Shown in pieces: positions 9,701-20,704 of a stretch of DNA of 48,945 nucleotides. Source of the stretch: Octopus bimaculoides (lineage: Eukaryota); assembly GCF_001194135.2 (NCBI RefSeq), contig NC_068996.1, forward strand, positions 17,787,340 to 17,836,284. Reading direction: 5' to 3'. The position numbers were made by a program, and so were the translations under genes. The notes beneath the pieces are model-generated. The model was not told where the DNA came from. It did no database searches and worked only from the letters and a program-made list of their open reading frames with translations. How positions within the stretch are numbered: position 1 is the stretch's first letter; every line of letters starts with the position of its first letter.

Positions 9701-10900
9701 TAAAGGGTCAGCTGAAAAGTTCATAGGGTAACCAAGATACTGTCATGGAATGTGACCAAATGAGGTTTATTTTTCAGCATAGAACTCTCTTGCAGCCCAC
9801 AAAGTCCTTCCATTGGTATTGCAGTGCTTGAATCCCATTGCTGAAGAAGCTTTCATCCTGTTGGTGAAAAAAGTCATCAACAACCGATATAACTTTATCA
9901 TCACTGTTATAATGGTTCCTAGGAAGTGTTTTTTCATGTTCGGAAACAGATGATAGTCAGATGCGTCCAAATCAAGAGAATAGGAGAGTGATCATCCAGT
10001 TCAAGTTCACAGTCATGCACAGCAGTCACTGAAACCAAGAACTTGTGTGCTGGACCAAGGTTATTTTGGTATGCAAAAGGCATTGTGTTTATTGATTATC
10101 TTAAAAAGGGCCATACCATCGATGGAGAGTACTCAGCTGAGGCAGTTATAAAAGACTATCAAGACCAAATGCTCGGGAAAACTGATGAAAGCGATCTCGT
10201 TTCATAACCTTGGTCTTCTTAGGAGCAAGTGAGGAGGGGGTGTTTCCATTGCCTTAATTGTCTCTTTGTCACTGATTCAAAGTGGTGAATCCAACACTCA
10301 TCCTGACTTAGAAAGCATTCAAGGAAACAGGCTGGATCTTCCTCGAGCAACATCAGATTTTCCCATGATGTGATCAGGCTGGTGCACTTTTGATCAGGTG
10401 TCAGAAGATGTGGCATCTACCAAGCAGTAACTTTCATCATGCCAAGTTCATTGCGTAGAATATTCTTATTTCTACCATGGGATATGCTAATAGCATTGGC
10501 TATTTGATTCATGGTCAGTCACCTGTCATCCATTAACATGTAGTGAACACAATCAATGTTTTCCTCAGTGGTGGCAGTTATAGGACGTCTAGACCTTGGC
10601 TCAGCTTCAAGACTCTCCCTTCCCATCCTAAATAGAGCTACCCCCTTTTGCACTGTTGATAAAGCTGAAGCATCATCCCTTAATGTAACAACCATGTCTG
10701 CATGAGTGTCCTTGGGGTTAAACCTTTTTTCTCTAGGTACTTGATAACACCATGGTGCTAAATTTTGTCAATTTTTCAAGAGCATTTACTACTATTTACA
10801 TTTGATGTCTTCTTTGAACAGTCAGATGTCAGTTTACCTGAAAAGAAACAACGCAGTTATTAATAAGAAGGGTTGAAATTAATGTGTGCAAGGTTTGTTC
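9701..10900 (-). mobile_element. Mariner transposon relic with degenerate transposase and an internal inversion
   Basis: TA then AAGGGTCAGCTGAAAAGTTCAT terminus. Minus-strand motifs PHLLTPDQK, QDECWIHHFES.TKRQ..QWKH, SDYHLFPNMKK, GIQAL. Segment 10053-10203 encodes FW.AKGIVFIDYLKKGHTIDGEY on the + strand. The second TIR was not recognised. Confidence 0.85.
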
Positions 10901-11159
10901 ATTTTCCAGTACCCCTACTGGCTTATGCTTATGCCAGGCTGTCTGAAGGTTTGCTCTATTACACAGCTGCCAGAGCACAAACCTAGCCATGCTGTCATTT
11001 ATCCTTAGCCCTCAAACATCTCATTGTTGGTGGGTGGTTTCCATTATGTTAATCTTGTTTACACACAAAACCCTCACAAGAACACACTCACACACATACA
11101 CACACATTCTTTTTGTTCTATACTGTCCATAGCGTTTTTTTTTAATGTAAACCCTTTGT

Positions 11160-11163
11160 GGTT

Positions 11164-11246
<83 letters not shown>

Positions 11247-11278
11247 CATCATCACCATCATCATTATTATTATTATTA
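11160..11278. repeat. (TTA)n microsatellite
   Basis: Direct repeats. Confidence 0.95.
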
Positions 11279-11425
11279 TGTCCTGAGTTCAAATTCCACC
11301 AAGGCCAACTTTGCCTATCATCCCTTCAGGGTTGATAAAATAAGTACCAGTCAAGCACTGGGTTCGATTTAATTGACTATCCCCCCTCCCCCAAATTTCA
11401 GGCCTTGTGCCTATAGCAGTAAGGA
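11278..11425 (+). mobile_element. SINE family G, 3' two-thirds
   Basis: CTGAGTTCAAATTCCACC B box, ATAAAATAAGTACCAG, GGCCTTGTGCCTATAGCAGTAAGGATT tail; reverse complement of the copies at 38350-41567. Confidence 0.8.
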
Positions 11426-11467
11426 TTTTTATTATTATTATTGTTGTTGTTGTTGTTATCATTATCA

Positions 11468-14400
11468 TTATTCCTTCGTAACACAGTACAGGTAAAAATG
11501 CACTGGAGTCTTTAGTCATCTGTCAACAAGGACCTCAGACAGATAATACTTTCCTTTTGCAAGCCATCAATCTTGCATGGGTTTTCTAGTTGCCTTAAGA
11601 AGTCTTGAAGTTTCAATGAGATTGAGCCCAACGTTCTGATCACTACTGGTATCACTTTTGCATTACCTTCTCGCATTCCATACATTCTTGCCATTTCCAC
11701 TTTCAGTTCAGAATACTTGGTGATTTTTTTCAACCTCTTTACTCACAGCATTCATGTCATTTGGTATGGCTACATCAATGATCTGACAGTATTTGTCTCC
11801 CTTACTCAATATGACAGTAACCGGCTGACAGTGTTCGGTTACACGATACGTCTGAAAATCATAGTCCCACAGTATCATTACTTTTCCATCCTCCTGCATA
11901 ACTTTACTTGGTACATGCTCATACCAGTCCTCTGTTACTTCATATTGGTATTTACGGCATAAGAGCCAATGAAGATACACACACACCTTACCTTGGCAGC
12001 GCTTGTATTCTTTTTGTGCAAGGCTCTCACATCCACTTACCATGTGGGTCACATTTCCTACACTCTTTCCACAGAGTCTGCATTTCTGGGTGTCAGAAGT
12101 TTTATAGATGTTATACTTCACTGGATTGGTAGTGAGAGCCTGATCTTGTGCAGCAATGATCAGGCTTTCGGTGGTACGCTTCAAATCACCTCACTCAAGC
12201 CATGCCCACGATGCTGCATTATCTTTAACGTCTTCTGTATTCCATTCAAACTGTCCGTGCATTCTCATCTCAAGAAGGTCTTCCTTTCTCTTCTCCTCAG
12301 CTCTTTGGTTAAACTCTTCCTTGCCCACCATTTCATCTGCATTTTACACCCATATCTTTCATGGCATATTGCAGCAGGCCTTCATCACTATTTATCAAAT
12401 ACTCAGCAAGCGCTCTCCTTTCACTCCTTATACAATGGTCTGTACTAATTAGTCCTCTGCCACCTTCTTTTCATATACAGTCTGTTTACGTTTTCTTTAG
12501 GGTGTAGTGCCCCATGCAGCGTCATCAACTTTCTCACCCTTCTATCCAGTGTTGATATTTTCTCCTTAGTCCATTTGAGGATGGACGCACTATATCTGGC
12601 CTCCGCAACTGCCCAAATATCCATTGCAGTAATCAAATTTTTGGCATTCAAGTTGGATTTCAACACCATCTTCACCCTTTTTTGATACGCCTCGTTGACC
12701 TTGACTTTCATTTCTCTGTGTAGAATGTCATCCAGCTCCAAAATCCCTAAATATCTATACCCACTATTGTTGGGTTTTCACCTATGGTCTCTCCTGATGG
12801 TAACCGCAATCCTCTGCAGACTGCTTTCTTCCCTCTTTTCATATTAAGTACTGAGCATTTGGTAATCCCAAATTCCATATCGATATCCCTGCCACACTTC
12901 TGGACTGTTTTGGTTCAGGAATCTATCTGTTTTTCAAATTTCCCAAATAATTTCAGGTCATCCATAAACAGAAGATGGCTCAATAATGGGCCTTTCTTCA
13001 CACATCGGTAACTCATCTTAACTTTCCTAAGTGTCCTTGTTATGGATATTAGTGCAATTACAAAAAGTAACGGTGAAAACGAGTCACCTTGGAAGATTCC
13101 CTTTTTAATGTTAACTTCTCCTAGGAATACATTACTTGAGAGTAATTTGGTTTCCACTCTTTCATGCAATGCATCAGAAAATTTGTGATGTTGTCAGCAA
13201 CAAACATCTGCAGGTATTCAATGATCCAAGAATGAGGCATTATATCATATACCTTCTTAAAGTCAATCCAAGCCATAGACATGTTTATATGATGTTTTTA
13301 ACAATGCCTCAAAACTGTTTTATCGATGACCGGGTGATCCTTGGTGCCCTGAGAACTCTTCCTACATCCTTTTTGTTCCCTTGATAGTATTTCTTCCTGT
13401 GCCAGGAAAGTGTATGTCTTTGCCACACATATTCCAGTGAGTATCTTCCAGATTATGTTTAGGCATGCTATGGAACGGTATTTTCCCACATCTTTCATTA
13501 CAAGTGTTGTCTTCCCAGTCACCATCCACATGGGGACTGTACCTTTCTGGACACACTCATTCAATTGGGCTGCGAGTCTTTCATGCACCATGTAGCATCT
13601 CTTCAGCCAGAAGCCATGAATCCCATTTGGTTGGGGGGCTTTAGTTAGGCACTTCACCCGCTTGTTCTTTCACATCACCCGTGCATATGACAATATTCCT
13701 TTGTTTCTTTCCTCCTTGTAATTATGTCTTGATAGTTCCTATCCACATTGCATCCCTTTTATGCACCACATTGTTTCCGCATAATCTGCTCCAGAACTCC
13801 TTGGCTTGATTTGCATCAGGAGCAACATTTTCCCCATTGTCTCCTTTTAACATTCAGAAGAATTGCTTTGGGTTATTTTTTAACAATCTGTTCTCCTCAA
13901 ACTGCTTATTTCTGTTCTCAAATCTTCTGATCTTCTGGCTTTTTGTCATGTTCCTCAGTTTTAACTGCTCTATTACTGCATCAAACCCATTCTTCTGTAT
14001 TTTATATTTCTTCTCTAATTTTTCCCCGTTGGTCATTTTCCCATTTATCCAGTTTCCTTTTAACCATTGCTCAATTTTTCCCTAATCTTGCCTTGCCCGC
14101 ATTATTTCCCTTTCCATACGTCGTTTCCACCATGGTTCTTTTGCTCTACCATTTTTTGTTCTTTTATGTTGTAATTTCTCCTCAACAAGTAGTGTAATAG
14201 CTCGGAGAAGATTCCTTGTTTGTGTTATGTCCTCCGTCTGGATGTATGGTATGACAGTATTTAACTTTTCTGTTACTTTATTTATCATACTCCTCTCTAC
14301 CCTTCTCATATTCATGGAAAATTTTTCTTCTGGAGCATTCATCAAGTCGGCGAGGCGTTTTTGAATTTTTAATAATTCATTATCTAGTTGGTTCATTTCC

Positions 14401-15000
14401 CCTGCATGTCCACCCACCACAGTGTCAGGATTCCCTGTATAACGTTCCTGTTCCTCATCCTTAACAGCCGCATTATCATTCCCCTCTTTCTCCTGTCTGC
14501 TCTTCTCCGTTTTCAACTCCTACCGCTCTGTTTTCAACTCCGACCGTCCTTTGTAGCCCATCCGCAGGGTCTCTCAGACTCTCACTAATCCTAGATATTT
14601 CTACTCCAATTAAGTAACCCTTCCTCCTAATCACTCTCACTTGGTTCATTAGTTTATTTTCTGACATTGGACACGTGTCCTTTTCCATCCAAAATTTCAA
14701 AGTATGTTGGCCTACTCCGAAACTTCTTTCTAGCTTTGCTCTTTCATGACATTCAATAAGTGTATCGTATTCTTCCTCCATCCACTTATGTCTGTTTTTG
14801 CGCACAACGTGTATGTGATCTGTTGTGAAATAACTTGCGTCCGAGGCCAGATCACTGCCCCTGATGCAGGCAGTTTCGGACGTGCTGGGTGGGAAACCTT
14901 TACTATGATCAGCTATAGCTTCATTCTCGACGTTAATTCTTCCCTGTTGTGTTGCATCATAATTTCATGAGTTATTCAAGGGGTTCTCACAAGAGTTGCT
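11468..15000 (-). mobile_element. Near full-length R4/Dong-clade non-LTR retrotransposon (RT, CCHC, restriction-like endonuclease); multiply frameshifted
   Basis: Minus-strand ORF pieces RHKW.EEE...LIEC; KEPWWKRR; GIHGFWLK; QKGCRK.SQGTKD; KGIFQGDSFSPLLF; FMDDLKLF; AAQDQAL; CRLC...H...C; LWD; IIDVAIP; EK..KY. The 3' end lies in a TTA/TTG tract. Confidence 0.9.
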
Positions 15001-15063
15001 AATGTGATCCCATTTCTCTTTTCCTCTCTTTATTTGTAAATACATGTGCTTATGTATGTACAT

Positions 15064-15107
<44 letters not shown>

Positions 15108-15199
15108 CATGCTTGCATTGTGTCACCTCCATAACCAAGTGATTATCATTACCACCATCGTTTTACCTATAGCATTTAAAATTATGAATAATAATATAG

Positions 15200-15470
15200 G
15201 TCCCAGTATATTGCAGCAGATCTTTGTCACTATTTACCAAATACTTGGCAAGCATTCTCCTTTCACTTCTTATACAAAGGTCTATACTAATCAGTCCTCT
15301 GCCACCATTCTTTCTTTACATATACAATCTGTTTACATTTGCAGTTAACACTTAATGCTATCTTTTGCGCTCCCTGCATGAGTGGTAATTCAGGGGTCAT
15401 TCTCCACTAATTTTTAATTCCTTAACTGGTCATTTCAAGTGCTCCCACAATCATTGGTTTTGTAACTGTC
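15200..15470 (-). mobile_element. Older fragment of the same R4/Dong family
   Basis: Similar to 12365-12640 (TATTGCAGCAG...TACTAATCAGTCCTCTGCCACC...CTGTTTAC). Confidence 0.65.
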
Positions 15471-15595
15471 TTGAGAGTGGGAGAAAGAGAAGCGGTTTGG
15501 TGAATAAACCAAATTCTACAGGTCTGTAAATGCATTCAGCAGATGGTAAGGAGATCAGCAGTGGCCATTCCTGTGCAATAAGGAGACAAAAGAGG

Positions 15596-15717
15596 CCTCA
15601 CACCCTTGGGGTCAGCAAAGATCAAATGTGTTTGCTACTACTAGGGATCAATGAGAACGCTGACCTTTGTCTTAAAAAGAACCGGTTAACCTTGTTCTAT
15701 TTTTAATTAATGATAGG
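15596..15717 (+). repeat. About 120-bp repeat, left arm of an inverted pair
   Basis: Reverse complement of 17549-17678, about 85-90% identical by eye. Confidence 0.85.
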
Positions 15718-15764
15718 AAAAAATAATAATAATATATATGTAGAAACTCTGCCAAATTAGATTG

Positions 15765-15866
15765 GAGCCTGGTGTAGCCATCTGGTTGCACCAGTCCTCA
15801 GTCAAATCGTCCAACCCATGCTAGCATGGAAAGCGGACGTTAAACAATGATGATGATGATGATGAT
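15765..15866 (+). mobile_element. RTE 3' terminal fragment
   Basis: CCAACCCATGCTAGCATGGAAAGCGGACGTTAAAC plus (ATG)n tail; reverse complement of 40232-40330. Confidence 0.85.
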
Positions 15867-16264
15867 ATATATACTGATGTTCACATCATTGAATTTTTGA
15901 ATTTTTTTTTCTTTCTTTTTTTAAATTTAAATTTTCTTTTTATAAGTTTTACTGTGGTTTACAGTTTTTGTATTTGTGCAGTTTGGATACTTTGGCCGGT
16001 GCTTACCTCCTTATTATTTTTCTTTTCGTGCATTTAATTGCATTGTTGCAATAAAAGGTATGTTTACATATTTGGGTAGTCAGGGAGATGAAACGTTCAC
16101 ACAAAATTGTAGATAATAAAGTTTTTAAATTTTCTAGAGTTGTTTGTTTGTATGTCTGATCAGAAAAGACTGTAGTGTTTTTGCAATAAAAAGGATGTTT
16201 ATATTTTTGAATACCCAGGGAAAAAGGAAAGGAAAGAAAAGGAGGGTAAAATTTTCACAGAAAG

Positions 16265-16305
<41 letters not shown>

Positions 16306-16315
16306 GGTTATTATT

Positions 16316-16637
16316 ATTCAGTAGTTTTATTTTTATAACGTGCTTTCACTTCACTACCGAGCGCAGCTCTGTGCGCCTTGGGTATGTGCTGTGGTTTGCT
16401 GTGGTGCTCTTATGTTTACTGTATTGAAAGTGTTTTGCGTAGAATGTGTGCAGTACCCAGTAGTGCAATTTTCTGTATGTTATATATATTTGTAAGTCCT
16501 GCTATTTTTGTTATGTATTTGTCTGAATATTTTTTTATTATACCTAAGGCACCTACTATGATAGGAATTGTTTCTGTTTTTAGATTCCACATTCGAGTTA
16601 TCTCTATTTCCAGGTCTTTGTATTTTGAAAGTTTTTC

Positions 16638-16640
<3 letters not shown>
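16316..16640 (-). mobile_element. Young 5'-truncated R4/Dong copy within (TTA)n
   Basis: Open frame EKLSKYKDLEIEITRMWNLKTETIPIIVGALG...IQKIALLGTAHILRKTLSIQ*; (TTA)n on both sides; nearly identical to 39608-39812. Confidence 0.9.
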
Positions 16641-16673
<33 letters not shown>

Positions 16674-16677
16674 TACT

Positions 16678-16723
<46 letters not shown>

Positions 16724-16856
16724 CCATCATCAATATTATTATTATTCAGTAATCTTACTTTTTACTGCATGTTATCAGTTCCCAACTGAGCAAAACTCTA
16801 TGTGCTTTGTTTGGATATGTTATGTTTTTTGCTTTGGCTTTGAATTTTCTGTTTTA

Positions 16857-16905
16857 CACCATATGAATACACCATATGAATACACCATATGAATACACTA
16901 TATGA
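16857..16905. repeat. 13-bp tandem repeat (CACCATATGAATA) x3 plus a degenerate copy
   Basis: Direct repeats. Confidence 0.85.
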
Positions 16906-17029
16906 CTATATACATGCTGTGTTTAACAGTGCTATTTTCTATATATTGTGCTTATTTGTATACATCCTGGGATTTTGATGATGTATTTGTCTGAATGTTG
17001 TTATTTCATTTCTGAAGTACTTATTAGTA

Positions 17030-17250
17030 TATGAGGGGATGCAGAAAAGCTCCTGGCTTTAAGGGTATCATGAAAAGCCAGGTTAAAAGCCCAACCTTCT
17101 GAGTTCTTTTACAGGGCTTAGAAAAACTGAAGGACCACTGCAATAAGTGAGTGAATCTGAGAGGGGAATGTGTTGAATATGATTATAATTAATTGATAAC
17201 CCTGTATTTTCTCTGACACAAAGCCAGGAACTTCTCAGCACTCCCTCATA
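17030..17250. mobile_element. Mariner-derived MITE / deletion derivative
   Basis: 29-bp TIRs TGAGGGGATGCAGAAAAGCTCCTGGCTTT and AAAGCCAGGAACTTCTCAGCACTCCCTCA (24/29 complementary); TA on both sides; internal remnant GLEKL.DHCNK.VNLRGE.VE of a mariner C-terminus. Confidence 0.88.
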
Positions 17251-17548
17251 AATATTATTTGTGTTTTCAGTTTCTACATTCTGATTGTCTCTATCAGTAA
17301 ATTTTAATATTTGGGTAATTTCTCTGTTTCTTTGAAAGTCACATTCTTATTTATTGGTACTGTGACTTCAATTAGGATGCACTTCCTATCAACAATATCT
17401 GGTCAATTATACTTGATTTATCTACTTCCATGGATTGGCATGTCCCAGATATGTGCTCACTTTGTCATTTTCTGATATCTTTTCTAGTATAACCAGATCC
17501 TTTCTCTTGGATTCTCATAATGTTGGCATAACTTCCAGTGTATGATGG

Positions 17549-17678
17549 AAGCCTTAACCTATCATTAATTAAAAACAGAACAAGGTGAACTGGTTCTTTT
17601 CAAGACAAAGGCCAGCGCTTCTCATTGATCCCGAGTAGTAGCAAACACATTTAACTTCTGCTGACCCCAAGAGTGTGA
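17549..17678 (-). repeat. About 120-bp repeat, right arm of an inverted pair
   Basis: Reverse complement of 15596-15717. Confidence 0.85.
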
Positions 17679-18056
17679 GTTATTACTTTCCCTCTTCTAC
17701 ATATTCTGTAGTTGCCTGATGTATACTGCTTTGTTACAAAGATTTAGTGGCTTCTGGTTACAAGGTTTTCATCCTGTGCCATAGTCAAGATTACTTCTGT
17801 TGTAACTTCAAGTTCTATGCTTCTCAACTAATGCCATGATTTTTCTTTGTCTATTTCCACTTTGTACAATTTTTTATAGGTACTGATTATGTAGGAGCAT
17901 TTCTAGTCATCACTTTAAAATGGCACCCTGTAACCCCATTTTTTGCCCAGTTTTTGGCTTTTTTCACAATTTTTTTATTTCTTCATAATTATCTATCCTA
18001 TCAGTCTTTATTTTGAATTTGTTGGCTTCCTTAAAGACAGAAAACATTTTTTTGGT

Positions 18057-18454
18057 TTAATTTTGTTGTTGTTGTTGGCACTCTGTCGCCTACGACATCG
18101 AGGGTTCTCGTTGATCCGATCAACGGAACAGCCTGCTCGTGAAATTAACGTGCAAGTGGTTGAGCACCCCACAGACATGTGTACCCTTAACGTAGTTCTC
18201 GGGGATATTCAGCGTGACACAGTGTGACAAGGCTGACCCTTTGAATTACAGGCACAACAGAAACAGGAAGTAAGAGTGAGAGAAAGTTGTGGTGGAAGAG
18301 TACAGCAGGGCTCGCCACCATCCCCTGCCGCAGCCTCGTGGGGCTTTAGGTGTTTTCGCTCAATAAACACTCACAACGCCCGGTCTGGGAATCGAAACCG
18401 CGATCCTATAACCGCGAGTCCGCTGCCCTAACCACTGGGCCATTGCGCCTCCAC
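18057..18454 (-). mobile_element. tRNA-derived SINE family B, full length, young
   Basis: 5' GTGGAGGCGCAATGGCCCAGTGGTTAGGGC...GGTTTCGATTCCC; many intact CpGs; (TTG)n tail; matches 36527-36918. Confidence 0.92.
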
Positions 18455-18664
18455 TGGTTTAATTTATTACATAACTATTTATATTAGCCTTATCACCAAC
18501 ATCAACATCATCGTTTTAATCAACTTCTTTGTACTTATATGGGTCAGACAAAATTCAGTGAGGCAGATTTTCTATAACCAGATGTTGCCAACCTTCACCT
18601 ATTTCCAACCAAAGTGTCATTTATCCTAATCCTCCAAACATGGCAGCGCATTGGCTCTTTTATG

Positions 18665-18895
18665 TTTTATCTTCTACTTGTTTCAACTTAGACTGCAGTC
18701 ATGCTGGGGCACGACCTTGAAGGATTTTAATTAAATGGATCAGCCCCAATACTTTTCTCCTTTAATGCCTAGTACTTATTCTATCGGTCTATTTTGTTGT
18801 ACCACTAAGTTATGAGGACATAAACACACATACACCAGTTGTCAAGCTGTAATGGGGGGACAAACACAGACACAAAACAGGCATACACACACACG

Positions 18896-18948
<53 letters not shown>

Positions 18949-19102
18949 GATGGGCTTCTCTCAGTTTCCATTTTCCAAATCCACTCACAAGGCTTTGGTT
19001 GACCCAAAGTTATAGTAGAAGATACTTGCCCAAGGTGCTACACAGAGGGACTGAACCCAGAACTAATTGGTTGGGAAACAAACTTCTTACCATATAGCTA
19101 TG
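18665..19102 (-). mobile_element. SINE family C, near full length
   Basis: Matches the reverse complement of 35737-36244, including the internal (CA)n. Confidence 0.8.
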
Positions 19103-19269
19103 TCTGTGTGTACATGTTTTTACAGAAGATTTTAAATGAATCACATGGTTTATATATTGATGGTGATATTTGCAATTGGTACATGGTCAAGATATACCAA
19201 CTCTCATACACACTTACACACATATACACACACATACACACATACACATACACACACAACATATAGGAT

Positions 19270-19425
19270 ATGCTTCTTTCTGTGGTTGGTTCCTACTTAC
19301 CAAATCCACTCACAAAGCTCTGGTCAGTTCGGGGCTGAGTAGAAGACACTAGTTCAAGATGTCGAAGTGGAACTAGACCCAGAACTATATAATCCTGAAG
19401 TGGACCTCTAGACTACACAACCATG
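19270..19425 (-). mobile_element. SINE family C head fragment
   Basis: CCAAATCCACTCACAAAGCT...AGTAGAAGACACT. Confidence 0.6.
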
Positions 19426-20229
19426 TCTACTCTGAAAGAGCACATGCTGCAGTTGAGGCTTACACAAATTTGTATTTAATTTTTCCATTATTCTTTAGTG
19501 ATACTTTTCTATTGATGGTGTTATATGTTTACAATTGGCACATGATCAAGACATGTTAACTTTCATACACTGATGCACATTCACACACACATTTACGCAC
19601 ACATATACACACACATACACATACACATATATATATGATGATGATTTTAGATGGTATTTTCTGAACAGATATTTTTCTCTCTTTTTGTTTTCCTATCTAG
19701 TCTAGCTACTTATATTTAGCTTCCAGTTAAGAATATTATAACTCCAACTTATTGCTGAGACAACTAGAGACTTGATGCCTATTACTTTACATTTTTTCTT
19801 ATTTTATTTATTCATTTGTATTTAGCTCTGTTTGAAGAATTAATCTACTGCAGCAATACTTTTCCTTTTTCACCTTTTATTCCAGTTGTGTATGTTGTTA
19901 CCGTTCACCATTTTAGTCATTGATTCCTAAATATTTATATGTCTGTGTTTTTGGTTTAATCAACTTATCTCTGTTTCTTTATCCAGCATGATATTAATGT
20001 TCTTAATTAAATTTTCCCTCTCTGAGGAAGTTACTGTGACACATTGTTCTAATATGAATATTTGGAACACCAGATCAGTTCCTCTACTAAACCTATGCAC
20101 TGTCTGCAACAATTAGCATGGTACATTAGCAGAATCATTAGAGTATTAGACAATTCTCAGTTCATTTCTTACAGAAGAAATCAACTTTGCTTTCACCATT
20201 TTTGGATGCAATATATTAAAGTCAGGTTG

Positions 20230-20358
20230 TTTTCTCTTTCTCTCTCACTCTTTCTTTCTCTCTCTCTCTTTTTCTCTCTCTCTCACTCTCTTTCTCTTGC
20301 TCTCACTCTCTCACTCTCTTTCTCTTGCTCTCACTCTCTCACTCTCACTCTCTCTCTC
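20230..20358. repeat. (CT)n-rich microsatellite
   Basis: Direct repeats. Confidence 0.9.
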
Positions 20359-20504
20359 AGAATCCACAGTTCTCTCAATGGTTATTTTCATTCAAATGAT
20401 GAAACTCACAAGTCTCCAAGAAAACAAATAAACTCCTTTATAATCTAAAGTCAGGCATGGTGGACATGGATGGACAGGTATATTGCACAACAGAGGGGAA
20501 TAGC

Positions 20505-20704
20505 AGACATGACTATTCAGTTCGTGACTACATGGTTCTGGGTTCAGTCCCATTGCATGACACCTTGGGCAAGTGTCTTCTACTATTGCCTCTGGCCTTG
20601 TGAGTGAATTTGGTAATTGGAGACCTACCAAAGAAAGAAACAAGTCAAAANNNNNNNNNNAATTTGGTAATTGGAGACCTACCAAAGAAAGAAACAAGTC
20701 AAAA
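20505..20704 (+). mobile_element. SINE family C head fragment
   Basis: CATGGTTCTGGGTTCAGTCCCATTGCATGACACCTTGGGCAAGTGTCTTCTACTA; 44-bp duplication across the 10-N gap. Confidence 0.75.

Larger units (their letters stand above)
16910..17900 (-). mobile_element. Ancient degenerate R4/Dong C-terminal region, interrupted by a MITE and a short repeat
   Basis: Minus-strand remnants AQDENL.TR, YRIC, HWKLCQHY, KCILIEVTVP..KNV.FKETEKL.KY; 16915-17010 resembles 16460-16530. Confidence 0.6.

Noticed and set aside
18380-18454. tRNA-like sequences at SINE heads (also 16-90, 36527-36600)
   Set aside because: A and B boxes are present, but acceptor and anticodon stems do not pair, and each continues into a multicopy SINE body, so these are not tRNA genes.
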